In this document: positions 10,030-18,884 of the stretch, one piece after another
How the letters are laid out: each line of letters starts with the position of its first letter
Position numbering within the stretch: position 1 is the first letter of the stretch
From: Bacteroidales bacterium
GTDB lineage: Bacteria; Bacteroidota; Bacteroidia; Bacteroidales; PWNQ01
Direction of reading: 5' to 3'
Assembly: GCA_003557725.1 (NCBI GenBank)
Contig: PWNQ01000165.1
Location: 690 to 64,689 of the forward strand
DNA: 64,000 nucleotides
Notes under the pieces: model-generated
Seen by the model: the letters and a program-made list of their open reading frames with translations, nothing else
Databases searched by the model: none
What the model was told of the DNA's origin: nothing
Position numbers and translations under genes: made by a program

Positions 10030-10698
10030 ATGGCAGAGATGATTAAACGACTGGTTTTTTTTACGCTTTTTACATTTTTTCTTAATGCAGCCCATGGACA
10101 ACAAATCCTGGGAGCTGCTACCCTGGGGTTGAACACTACCCAGGTGGAAGGGGACGAAGTATGGGATGGCTATTATGGCTTTGCCAAGTTTGGCTTAAAC
10201 GTGGGGGCATCGGCCATTATACCGTTTACCGACCGCTGGTCGGTGAGCCTGGAGACCATGTACACTCAAAAAGGAGGGTATCAGAGGCCCCGTTTTTCCA
10301 AGGACCGAAACGGGGCTTATATGCTGCGCCTCAACTATGCAGAAGTGCCCCTGATCATACATTTTGAAGACCGGGAAACCATGACTTTCGGGCTGGGAGC
10401 CAGCTGGGGAAGACTGGTCCATATGGAAGAGTACGAACACCAGCACCTGATCCCATGGGAAACACTGTCAGGGCCTTATGAAACCAACGACTTTAACATT
10501 ATTATCGATGTGAGATTCAGGGTATATGAACGCTTTTGGGGGAATATGCGCTTGCAGCATTCGCTGGCACCTATCAGACAGCGCCAATTTTCCGACGTGT
10601 TAGGCAATGAATGGACCAGAGACCAATATAACCAGGTCATCAGCTTTCGAATCTACTACATTTTTAATGAAAATATAGAACCCGACTATGAGCGGTAA
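10030..10698 (+). CDS. outer-membrane beta-barrel protein (PorT/OmpA-beta-barrel-like)
   Basis: Signal peptide, with the alternating aromatic/Gly pattern typical of small OM barrels. Confidence 0.55.
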   Translation: MAEMIKRLVFFTLFTFFLNAAHGQQILGAATLGLNTTQVEGDEVWDGYYGFAKFGLNVGASAIIPFTDRWSVSLETMYTQKGGYQRPRFSKDRNGAYMLRLNYAEVPLIIHFEDRETMTFGLGASWGRLVHMEEYEHQHLIPWETLSGPYETNDFNIIIDVRFRVYERFWGNMRLQHSLAPIRQRQFSDVLGNEWTRDQYNQVISFRIYYIFNENIEPDYER

Positions 10699-10776
10699 TG
10701 CTTAACACCTCTGGAGGCTTTCACACCCCACCATGCTGCTTTATCCCACTTCCCCGGATAGGAATTGCCCAGTGAG

Positions 10777-11115
10777 TCAGTAAAGAAGATGTTGTTTACT
10801 TTTATCGCGCCAACCCGCATTAAAGCGGGAGCCGGTAAAGTAAATGATCAGGTCCGCATTGTGACGGTTATCTTCAAAATAAATGGTCTTATCCGCCTCA
10901 AACCGATTATTCGTGAAATACCATATCCCTTCATTACCTTTGACATTAAACCGGTTATCCGTTTTAAACACCCAAAGGTGAGCCTCAAACCGGTTATCCG
11001 TTACATATACACGAACATCCGCATCAAACCGGTTGTTTGAAGAGTAAACCTGCTGTGATTGGGATGCTAACGGAAGGATTATCAGCAGGAGGGAGGTGAG
11101 CAACAGGGTTGGCAT
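10777..11115 (-). CDS. small secreted protein built from six ~13-aa xDNRFxAD..VYF repeats, unknown function
   Basis: The ATG at 11113-11115 gives the signal peptide MPTLLLTSLLLIILPLASQ (the track start 11172 is TTG). Repeats NNRFDADVRVYV / DNRFEAHLWVFK / DNRFNV..WYF / NNRFEADKTIYF / DNRHNADLIIYF / GSRFNAGW. Confidence 0.6.
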   Translation of the reverse strand: MPTLLLTSLLLIILPLASQSQQVYSSNNRFDADVRVYVTDNRFEAHLWVFKTDNRFNVKGNEGIWYFTNNRFEADKTIYFEDNRHNADLIIYFTGSRFNAGWRDKSKQHLLY

Positions 11116-11195
11116 AAGGGTTAGGTTTATCCACCGGGCTGGATGGTCATTGATTTGCCAAAGATACCACAAAGTTCTGTTGTTGTCAATACCCC

Positions 11196-11720
11196 TTACT
11201 GATTTATATCCAGCAATCCTTCCGGCAGTTCCATGAGGATTGTTCTATCTTCCAGGCTTACGGAAATCACGTATTCTTCTATGAGGGGAACCAGGCTTTC
11301 CCCCTGGGGGAAGGAGATGGTCATTATATCTTGTGTGGGGTACGGGGTAACATACAGGATAACCCCTGTTTTTTTAGAAGTATTATCGGTAATGGTAAAT
11401 CCTTCAGGGTTAATTTCCTGCAGTATGGGGGTCTCTTTGCTTGTCGCTGTCAGGGGGAGGAAAAAATGGCAGGACAGTAATTTGGCTGCTTTCTCCGGGG
11501 TGTCAATATCCTCCAGTCCGATCCTTAGCTCTGTGTGGGAGTGCCACTGGGCACGGACCATGAAAAAAGGAACCATGTTCCCTTCGATCTGAAGAAAAAA
11601 TGGCTCCTTTTGGTCCAGCGTGAAGGTGGGTTCTTTTATGAAAAGAAAGATCAAATCACCATGTGCCCCGAAGGTTTTTCTGACAGTACCTGCCCGGAAA
11701 AGTTGCTGGGGATGGATCAT
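11196..11720 (-). CDS. rimM: 16S rRNA processing protein RimM
   Basis: 174 aa, immediately downstream of rpsP. The N-terminal G.V.K.FG..G.. motif is consistent with RimM, and a C-terminal PRC-barrel-like region follows. Confidence 0.8.
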   Translation of the reverse strand: MIHPQQLFRAGTVRKTFGAHGDLIFLFIKEPTFTLDQKEPFFLQIEGNMVPFFMVRAQWHSHTELRIGLEDIDTPEKAAKLLSCHFFLPLTATSKETPILQEINPEGFTITDNTSKKTGVILYVTPYPTQDIMTISFPQGESLVPLIEEYVISVSLEDRTILMELPEGLLDINQ

Positions 11721-11728
11721 GACCCTGG

Positions 11729-12475
11729 TTATTTCTCTTCATTATCTGCCTTCTTTTCTTTGGCAGCTTCTTCCACAGTGTCCTCTTTTTTTGCAGGCTC
11801 CTCCTTTGCAGGTTCCTCCTTTGCTTTAGGTTCTTCCTTAGCTTTAGGCTCTTCCTTTGCAGGCTCCTCTTTAGCAGGTTCTTCTTTTTCCGCAGGTTTT
11901 TCTTTGTCTGCTTCTTTCTCTGCGGGTTCTGTTTTGGCTACTGGTTCTTCTTTTTCGGTTACTGGTTCTTTTTGTTCAGGTTCTTCGGTTGCTGCTTCTT
12001 CTTCACCTTCCATTTCTGCCTTTCTCATTTTCGCAATTTGCGCAGCGCGGGCTTCATTAACCGTTTTTTCGGCTTCCAGTTGTTTCTTTTTGTCTTCCTT
12101 CATCTTCAGGCTAACGTCTTTGGAAACATGGCTGATCTTTTCTTCTTTTTCTTTCATCCAGGCATCGAATTTGGCATCGGCCTGTTCCTGGGTAAGCGCT
12201 CCTTTAGCAATCCCTTTTTGCAGGTGATTTTTGTAAAGAATACCTTTGTAAGACAAAATTGCACGTGCTGTTGCTGTGGGCTGTGCCCCTGTTTGCAGCC
12301 AGTACAGTGCCCGGTCGAAATCAATAGTGATCTCAGCAGGCTGAGGAAGCGGATCGTAGGTGCCAATCTTCTCTATATATCTTCCGTCCCGTGGTGCACG
12401 ACCATCCGCAATTACAATGTGAAAGTAAGGTCTTTTCTTCCTTCCACGTCGCTGTAATCTGATTTTTGTTGGCAT
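11729..12475 (-). CDS. rpsP: 30S ribosomal protein S16 with ~150-aa K/E/A/P-rich C-terminal extension
   Basis: MPTKIRLQRRGRKKRPYFHIVIADGRAPRDGRYIEKIGTYDPL is the S16 core. The tail contains EEPAKEEPAKEEPKAKEEPKAKEEPAKEEPAKKE. Confidence 0.9.
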   Translation of the reverse strand: MPTKIRLQRRGRKKRPYFHIVIADGRAPRDGRYIEKIGTYDPLPQPAEITIDFDRALYWLQTGAQPTATARAILSYKGILYKNHLQKGIAKGALTQEQADAKFDAWMKEKEEKISHVSKDVSLKMKEDKKKQLEAEKTVNEARAAQIAKMRKAEMEGEEEAATEEPEQKEPVTEKEEPVAKTEPAEKEADKEKPAEKEEPAKEEPAKEEPKAKEEPKAKEEPAKEEPAKKEDTVEEAAKEKKADNEEK

Positions 12476-12517
12476 AACTTCCTAACTTTTAGTAAAAATT
12501 TTATTTTAAACAGGCCG

Positions 12518-12525
12518 CAAAAGTA
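12518..12525 (-). promoter_or_regulatory. candidate -7 promoter box for rpsP
   Basis: The reverse strand reads TACTTTTG (TAnnTTTG) ~43 nt upstream of the rpsP ATG. Confidence 0.3.
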
Positions 12526-12659
12526 ATGCTTTTTTTCAAGAATTACATAAACAGGCATAAAAAAATGAACAGGAAAACCCACAATGGGATAACCGGCTAC
12601 AGAACCAACAGCCCGATAACCGAAACGGCTGAAAACTAATAGCCAGACCGGAATCCAAA

Positions 12660-12790
12660 CCGCCCGGCCCATAACTGAACCATCCAGCCAAAAACTAAAC
12701 CATCCAGCCAAAAACTAAACCATCCGACCAAAAAATGAACCGGCCGACCAAAAAAATGAACCGGAAAACCCACAGCACGAACGGCATTTA
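12660..12790. repeat. A/C-only tandem ~20-bp repeats
   Basis: catccagccaaaaactaaac occurs twice exactly (12681-12720), followed by degenerate units catccgaccaaaaaatgaac and cggccgaccaaaaaaatgaac. The top strand has almost no G/T over ~200 bp. Confidence 0.8.
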
Positions 12791-12892
12791 AGCCGTCAGA
12801 CCGGCAATGGATTAACGATTATTAACATAACTGTTGGTGCCATTCCATTGTCAGTTGGAAATTTTTCCTTTGGTTTGCACTGATATATTCAT

Positions 12893-12963
12893 TGAGTCCG
12901 GTTTAAAAAGTGACTTTTGATTTTCAGCGGATGTGAAACACTTTTGTTTTTAGACCGGACTCA
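12893..12963 (+). mobile_element. family-1 MITE-like element, intact short form (71 bp)
   Basis: TIRs TGAGTCCGGTtTAAAAA / TTTTTAGACCGGACTCA; flanked by a perfect 4-bp direct repeat TCAT (12889-12892 and 12964-12967). Confidence 0.85.
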
Positions 12964-12987
12964 TCATTAAAAAAAAAAGGAGATTAT

Positions 12988-13455
12988 ATGTTAAAAGAGA
13001 ATTTGGTTAAAGGTTTATCTGTTGCTTTATTACTGTTTTTTGTATTACCGGCTGTTGCCCAGGTAGGAATCAGTCCTCAGCAACAGCAACAGTCCAATGA
13101 GGTAACGGATGAGCAGTTAAAAACTTTTGCAGCCATAACCGGGGAGCTGGAACAGATGCAAGCCAGCTCCCGTGAGGATATGGAGAAGATACTGGAAGAC
13201 CATGGGATGACTGTAGACCGGTTTAATGAAATTATGCAGGCCATGCAGACCGGAGCGGAAATAGAGTTGTCAGACGAGGAGCGGGAACGCTTTGAGCTGA
13301 TCAATGAAAAGATTCAGGAATACCAGCAGGGGAATCAGCAAAAAGCCATTGCTGTATTGGAAAAGCATGGGATGGACCAACAGCTTTACATGCAGATACA
13401 GCAGCAACTTCAGACGGATCCCCGCCTGCAGGAACGCTATGAAGAGTTGAAATAA
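12988..13455 (+). CDS. secreted Q/E-rich helical protein (DUF4168-like), unknown function
   Basis: Signal peptide, AGGAG 7 nt upstream of the ATG, and duplicated ...D/E..L..F..I...L motif halves. Confidence 0.55.
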   Translation: MLKENLVKGLSVALLLFFVLPAVAQVGISPQQQQQSNEVTDEQLKTFAAITGELEQMQASSREDMEKILEDHGMTVDRFNEIMQAMQTGAEIELSDEERERFELINEKIQEYQQGNQQKAIAVLEKHGMDQQLYMQIQQQLQTDPRLQERYEELK

Positions 13456-13470
13456 CGCATGTATCAAGAC

Positions 13471-13606
13471 ACATGTGTTAATGTGTATCTGACACCGTAT
13501 TGAAGTGTGTCTGACAGTATATTAATGTGTATTTGACACTCTGTTAATGTGTATTTGACACTCTGTTAATGTGTATTTGACAACATGTTAATGTGTTTTT
13601 GACACC
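13471..13606 (+). repeat. six tandem ~22-bp repeats, consensus TGTTAATGTGTATTTGACAC(TC)
   Basis: Head-to-tail units read directly from the sequence; each contains TTGACA. Confidence 0.85.
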
Positions 13607-13646
13607 ATAAAGCCTGTAGTTAATGGTTAGCTGCTGGCTTTATGGT
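13604..13646 (+). terminator. stem-loop downstream of the DUF4168-like gene
   Basis: ccataaagcc-(21 nt)-ggctttatgg; there is no strong T-run (tgtttatggtgtttatgg follows). Confidence 0.35.
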
Positions 13647-13747
13647 GTTTATGGTGTTTATGGTATGATTTTTCCCTAAGTTTTTAACAATACCTTTTTG
13701 CCGGATTTTTTTGATACTTTTACCAGGGAAAAAGAAGAACTATCGTT

Positions 13748-16700
13748 ATGGCAGAATTTGCACATCTTCATTTACATACCCAATATTCCATTCTTGATGG
13801 GGCATCCAATGTGGAGTTGCTTATGCAACGGGCGGCTGATGCCGGCATGAAATCGGTGGCCATCACCGACCATGGCAATATGTATGGTGTGATGCATTTC
13901 TTTAATGCGGCAAAAAAGCATGATATTAAGCCTATCATAGGTTGTGAGGTGTATGTAGCGGCCCGGGGACGCCACCGGCGTGATAATAAAGAGGACCGCG
14001 CAGGGCACCATCTTGTCTTATTGGCGAAAGACCAAAAAGGATATCATAACCTGGCTAAGCTGGTATCCAAAGGCTTTCTGGAGGGGTTTTATTATAAGCC
14101 CAGAGTGGATAAAGAGCTGCTTGAGCAATACAGTGAAGGGGTGATTGCCTGCAGTGCCTGCCTGGGTGGAGAGATCCCCAGGATGCTGGTCAACCACGGA
14201 CTGGAAAAGGGCAGGGAAGCGCTGAATACCTATAAAGCCATTTATGGAGAGGACTTCTATCTGGAGCTGCAACGCAACGGACACGACGGGCAGGAGCCGG
14301 TTAATAAAATGCTTATACAACTTAGCCAGGAAGAGAATGTTAAACTGATCTGCAGCAATGATGTGCATTTTATCAACAAGGAAGACCATGAAGCCCACAC
14401 CATACTCATACACCTGAACACGGGAAAGGATCTGGGGGAAGATTTGGATATGCACTATACCGGGCAGGAGTACATGAAAACACCGGAAGAGATGCAGGAG
14501 TTGTTCTCTGATGTGCCGGAAGCCCTTGAGGGGGTGGATGAAGTGGTGAGCAAGGTGGAGCGGTTTGAGCTTGCCAGGGAGGTTATTCTGCCGGTATTTC
14601 CGTTGCCCCAGGGCTTTACTGATGAAAATGAATACCTTCGCCATATTTCCTACCTGGGGGCCCGCAAGCGATACCCGGAGGTCAATGCTGAGGTAGAAGA
14701 GCGCCTGGATCACGAGCTGCAGATTATAAAAAATATGGGCTTTCCAGGATACTTTCTTATTGTTCAGGACTTTATCAATAAAGCCCGGGAAATGAATGTT
14801 ATCGTAGGGCCGGGGAGGGGGTCGGCGGCAGGATCTGCTGTAGCCTATTGTGTGGGAATAACAGATATTGACCCCATTAAATACAACCTGCTGTTTGAAC
14901 GCTTTCTTAACCCCGAGCGGGTCAATATGCCCGATGTGGATGTGGACTTTGACGATGAGGGCCGGGATAGGGTGTTGCAATATGTGGTGGACAAATATGG
15001 GGATGATAAAGTGGCACAGATCGTTACCTTTGGATCCATGGCTGCTCGCTCCAGCATCAGGGACGTGGCCAGGGTGCTGAAGCTGCCCCTGCCCGAAGCC
15101 GACCGCCTGGCCAAAATGGTGCCCGACACCCCCGGGACATCCCTCAAAGAGGTGCTGAAAAACGACCCCCAGCTTAAGAAAATCAAAGAAAATGAGGACA
15201 CCCTGGAGGGAAAAACCCTTAAGTTTGCCCGAATACTGGAAGGATCCGTGCGCAATACGGGAACACATGCCTGCGGAGTAATTATCGGACCGGAAAACCT
15301 TATGGAGTACCTGCCACTGGCTACCGCCAAAGACTCCAAATTACCCGTTACCCAGTATGACGGAAACTACGTGGAATCGGTGGGAATGCTTAAAATGGAC
15401 TTCCTGGGACTGAAAACACTGTCTATTATTAAGGATGCACTGAAAAACATTAATTTAAGGCATGGCAAAGATATTAGCGTGGATAATATCCCCCTGGATG
15501 ATGAAAAAACCTATGAGCTGTTTCAGCAGGGTAACACGGTAGCCACCTTTCAGTTTGAATCGGAAGGGATGAGAGAGCACCTGAAAAGGCTAAAACCCAC
15601 CAATATTGAAGACCTTATCGCCATGAATGCCCTTTACAGGCCCGGACCCATGGAGTTTATTCCACAGTTTGTGAACCGTAAGCAGGGAAAGGAAAAGGTG
15701 GATTACCCTCATCCGTTGCTGGAAGAGATACTCAAACCTACCTATGGCATCATGGTATACCAGGAGCAGATCATGCAAACCGCCCAGATATTGGGTGGCT
15801 TTTCTCTGGGTAATGCCGACCTGATGCGGCGGGCCATGGGAAAAAAGAAAATGGAGATCATGGAAGGGATGAAAAAACAATTCGTAAAAGGAGCTTACGA
15901 AACCCATGAAATCCCTGAAGAGAAATCACTTGCCGTATTTGCCGTTATGCAGGACTTTGCCAAATACGGCTTTAACCGCTCCCATGCTGCCGCTTACTCC
16001 TTTATAGCTTATAAGACAGGATACCTGAAGGCTCATTATACCGCTGAGTATATGGCTGCTGTACTTACCCACAACCTGCATGACATTGAGAAGAAGCTAA
16101 CACCCTTTATTTTAGACTGCCAGAGTAACGGTATCCCGGTACTGGGGCCGGATGTGAACGAATCTCATGCCAATTTCACAGTGAACCAAAACGGGGAGAT
16201 ACGCTTTGGAATGGCGGCCATTAAGGGAGTGGGGGAGAACGCCGTCAATTCCCTGGTGGAAGAGCGTGATGCCAATGGACCCTTTAGGGATATCTTCGAC
16301 CTGGTGAAACGCGTCAATTTTAAATCAGTAAACCGAAAGGCCCTGGAAGCCCTGGCCATGACCGGAGCATTCGATAACTTCCCCCACGCTCACCGGGCTC
16401 AATATCTTTACAGAGAATACCCCGAAGGAGAGACCTTTTTGGAAAAGCTGATCAAGCATGGGCAGGCCTACCAGCGATCAAAAGACAGCACCCAGCAATC
16501 CCTGTTTGGAGGTACTGAAGAAGTGGAAATCGAAAACCCTCAAATGCCACAATGTGAACCGGCGCCGGCACTGCAGCAGCTAAAACAGGAAAAGGATATG
16601 ATCGGCTTCTACGTATCCGGACACCCGCTGGATGAATATAAACTGGAAGTAGAGTACCTTACCAATATAACCATGGAAGAGGTGAGCAGTAACATGGAAA

Positions 16701-17239
16701 GGTATGATTCCAAAGAGGTGATCATTGCCGGAATGGTCAGCGATGCAGCAAAACGTATCGGCCGGAATGGGAAAGAATTTGGCACAATGACAGTGGAAGA
16801 CTATTCCGGCTCTTTGAAGTTTATGCTGTTCGCAGAAGACTATCTGAGAAATAAACACTTTCTGGAAGCTGGCCAGTTTGTGATGGTTTGGGCCAAAGTA
16901 CAGCGAAACTATTACGACCAAACCAAACTGGAGGTGAAACCCAAAAGGATCATTTTGCTTTCAGAAGCCCTGGAAAAGCGAGTCAATACCATTTGCCTGT
17001 TTCTGCCCCTTCAGAAGATCAATAGCACTCTGAATCGCCAAATGGCCCAAATGGTGGATGAAAACCCTGGAAAAGTACCCCTTAGCTTTGTGGTAAGCTT
17101 TGACCTTGAAGGAATGGAGGTGGGACGAAAACGAAACACCCTTACCCTTAGATCCAGATCCAAAAATGTGAACCCGGAAACATTTCTGAAAACAATTAAG
17201 GACACTTATCCGTTTATTAAGATTAAGATCAATGCATAA
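13748..17239 (+). CDS. dnaE: DNA polymerase III alpha subunit
   Basis: 1163 aa. PHP N-terminus HLHTQYSILDG...AITDHGN, polymerase core (MPDVDVDF), HhH and a C-terminal OB fold. Confidence 0.95.
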   Translation: MAEFAHLHLHTQYSILDGASNVELLMQRAADAGMKSVAITDHGNMYGVMHFFNAAKKHDIKPIIGCEVYVAARGRHRRDNKEDRAGHHLVLLAKDQKGYHNLAKLVSKGFLEGFYYKPRVDKELLEQYSEGVIACSACLGGEIPRMLVNHGLEKGREALNTYKAIYGEDFYLELQRNGHDGQEPVNKMLIQLSQEENVKLICSNDVHFINKEDHEAHTILIHLNTGKDLGEDLDMHYTGQEYMKTPEEMQELFSDVPEALEGVDEVVSKVERFELAREVILPVFPLPQGFTDENEYLRHISYLGARKRYPEVNAEVEERLDHELQIIKNMGFPGYFLIVQDFINKAREMNVIVGPGRGSAAGSAVAYCVGITDIDPIKYNLLFERFLNPERVNMPDVDVDFDDEGRDRVLQYVVDKYGDDKVAQIVTFGSMAARSSIRDVARVLKLPLPEADRLAKMVPDTPGTSLKEVLKNDPQLKKIKENEDTLEGKTLKFARILEGSVRNTGTHACGVIIGPENLMEYLPLATAKDSKLPVTQYDGNYVESVGMLKMDFLGLKTLSIIKDALKNINLRHGKDISVDNIPLDDEKTYELFQQGNTVATFQFESEGMREHLKRLKPTNIEDLIAMNALYRPGPMEFIPQFVNRKQGKEKVDYPHPLLEEILKPTYGIMVYQEQIMQTAQILGGFSLGNADLMRRAMGKKKMEIMEGMKKQFVKGAYETHEIPEEKSLAVFAVMQDFAKYGFNRSHAAAYSFIAYKTGYLKAHYTAEYMAAVLTHNLHDIEKKLTPFILDCQSNGIPVLGPDVNESHANFTVNQNGEIRFGMAAIKGVGENAVNSLVEERDANGPFRDIFDLVKRVNFKSVNRKALEALAMTGAFDNFPHAHRAQYLYREYPEGETFLEKLIKHGQAYQRSKDSTQQSLFGGTEEVEIENPQMPQCEPAPALQQLKQEKDMIGFYVSGHPLDEYKLEVEYLTNITMEEVSSNMERYDSKEVIIAGMVSDAAKRIGRNGKEFGTMTVEDYSGSLKFMLFAEDYLRNKHFLEAGQFVMVWAKVQRNYYDQTKLEVKPKRIILLSEALEKRVNTICLFLPLQKINSTLNRQMAQMVDENPGKVPLSFVVSFDLEGMEVGRKRNTLTLRSRSKNVNPETFLKTIKDTYPFIKIKINA

Positions 17240-17393
17240 ATAAACCCGAAAGGAAAGGATTGTTTTTGACTTTTATCCATTTTTTCCCCGGCCCTAAGAA
17301 ATATAAAATACTTATTCTTATTTCAGGTGATTATTTTATTTTTGCTTCCTTGATGTCATTAAATTATCGATATAATATATAATAATTCATGTT

Positions 17394-17711
17394 ATGGTTA
17401 TAGAATTAACAGATGCCAACTTTGACGAGATCGTAAACAAAACGGATAAGCCGGTTGTTATTGATCTCTGGGCCGAATGGTGCGGCCCCTGTAAAATGAT
17501 CACCCCTATAATGGATGATCTGGATAAAGAGTATGAAGGGAAAGCGGTTATCACCAAGTTAAATGTGGATGATAACCCGGAAACCACCGGGAAGTTTGGA
17601 GTGCGAAATATTCCCACTGTATTATTTTTAAAGGACGGGGAGGTGGTTGACAAGCAGGTGGGTGCTGTTCCCAAGCAGGTGCTTGCCGGCAAACTGGAAG
17701 CCTTATTGTAA
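17394..17711 (+). CDS. trxA: thioredoxin
   Basis: 105 aa, VIDLWAEWCGPCKMI active site. Confidence 0.9.
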   Translation: MVIELTDANFDEIVNKTDKPVVIDLWAEWCGPCKMITPIMDDLDKEYEGKAVITKLNVDDNPETTGKFGVRNIPTVLFLKDGEVVDKQVGAVPKQVLAGKLEALL

Positions 17712-17783
17712 GGATCATATAAAGAAAACTATATAGAGCCGCTGTTGCTGTGTTGTGATAGCGGCCCGCACTGATTTGTAGCT

Positions 17784-18722
17784 ATGGCACCTCAACGAAT
17801 TGATATAAACCGTCTCAAGCGTTTTTCCAATGTGGAGCTCGTGGCCCGCCAGGTGGTGGAAGGCTTTATTACGGGCTTGCATAAAAGCCCCTTTCATGGG
17901 TTTTCTGTAGAATTTGCCGAACACCGTCAATATAACCAGGGAGAGTCTACGCGTAATATTGACTGGAAGCTGTATGGACGCACCGACCGATTATATGTAA
18001 AGCAGTTTGAAGAGGAAACTAACCTCCGTTGCCGCATCTTGCTGGATGTATCTTCTTCCATGTACTACCCGGTGCAACAGCAAGCTTCCCCGGAGCAACC
18101 CAATAAGATGGCGTTTTCCGTCTATGCCGCTGCCGCTGTGGTGCAGATGCTCCTGAAACAACGCGATGCCGCCGGGCTTACACTGTTTTCCGACCATACT
18201 CAACTGCATTCTCCCGTGCGCTCTACACGCCCACATATGCAATACCTGTTCGGGAAAATGGAAGAACACCTGAAGCAACCCAAACCTGAAGAAAAAAAAG
18301 CTACCGCAGTGGCTACGGTGCTGCATAATATCGCCGAAAGAATTCATAAGCGATCCCTGGTAGTGATTTTTAGTGATATGTTTGAATCATTCGATGATAC
18401 CGATAAGCTGTTTTCCGCCATGCAACACCTCAGACACAATAAGCATGAGGTAATCCTGTTTCATACCGTCCATAAAGAAACGGAATTTGACTTTGAGTTT
18501 GAAAACCGGCCACATAAATTTATAGACCTGGAAAGTGGAAGTGAGTTGAAGATTAATCCTAAAATGGTGAAAAGCCAGTACCTAAAGCGCCTGGGGGAGT
18601 TCCGGAAACAGCTTAAGCTGCGCTGTGGACAATATAATATCGATTATGTGGAGGCCGATATCAGCAAAGGCTTTGAACAGATCCTGCTGCCCTATTTTCT
18701 TAAACGAAAAAAAATGTTCTGA
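17784..18722 (+). CDS. DUF58 (vWA-like) domain protein
   Basis: GLHKSPFHGFSVEFAEHRQYNQGESTRNIDWK is the DUF58 signature; the vWA-like region ends in VVIFSDMF. Confidence 0.8.
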   Translation: MAPQRIDINRLKRFSNVELVARQVVEGFITGLHKSPFHGFSVEFAEHRQYNQGESTRNIDWKLYGRTDRLYVKQFEEETNLRCRILLDVSSSMYYPVQQQASPEQPNKMAFSVYAAAAVVQMLLKQRDAAGLTLFSDHTQLHSPVRSTRPHMQYLFGKMEEHLKQPKPEEKKATAVATVLHNIAERIHKRSLVVIFSDMFESFDDTDKLFSAMQHLRHNKHEVILFHTVHKETEFDFEFENRPHKFIDLESGSELKINPKMVKSQYLKRLGEFRKQLKLRCGQYNIDYVEADISKGFEQILLPYFLKRKKMF

Positions 18723-18884
18723 CCTCCCTATTAACCATATATATGGCTATCTTTGCCCGGATCTTTTATGAATACAGGACGCAGGGGAGGTGTTGTCATT
18801 CAGTTTGATATAGTAATTGGCGGTGGCCATTAACGGGTGCCGGTCTGCATAAAGGGTGAGCAACAGCAAAAAACAGGGGTTTCT

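Noticed and set aside
11535-12227. A 230-aa Ser/Ala/Phe-rich ORF on the plus strand.
   Set aside because: It is the antisense of the K/E/A/P repeat tail of rpsP and of rimM. Its composition simply mirrors the repeat.
12969-12978. The A10 run between the MITE and the SD of the 12988 gene, and the A9 run at 52679-52687, as phase-variation switches.
   Set aside because: Both lie in untranslated A-rich leader or terminator contexts, where length change has no obvious on/off consequence. There is no supporting evidence.
13471-13606. Possible CRISPR array (regular ~22-bp repeats).
   Set aside because: The units are directly adjacent with no unique spacers. The unit length is shorter than CRISPR repeats, and there are no cas genes in the window.
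14018-15268. A 416-aa ORF antisense to dnaE. Similar long antisense ORFs occur at 8604-9509 in tex, 41029-41862 in mutS, 38908-39881 in dnaX and 29362-29949 in the adhesin.
   Set aside because: They lie opposite strongly supported conserved genes, have low-complexity or atypical composition, and show no recognisable motifs.
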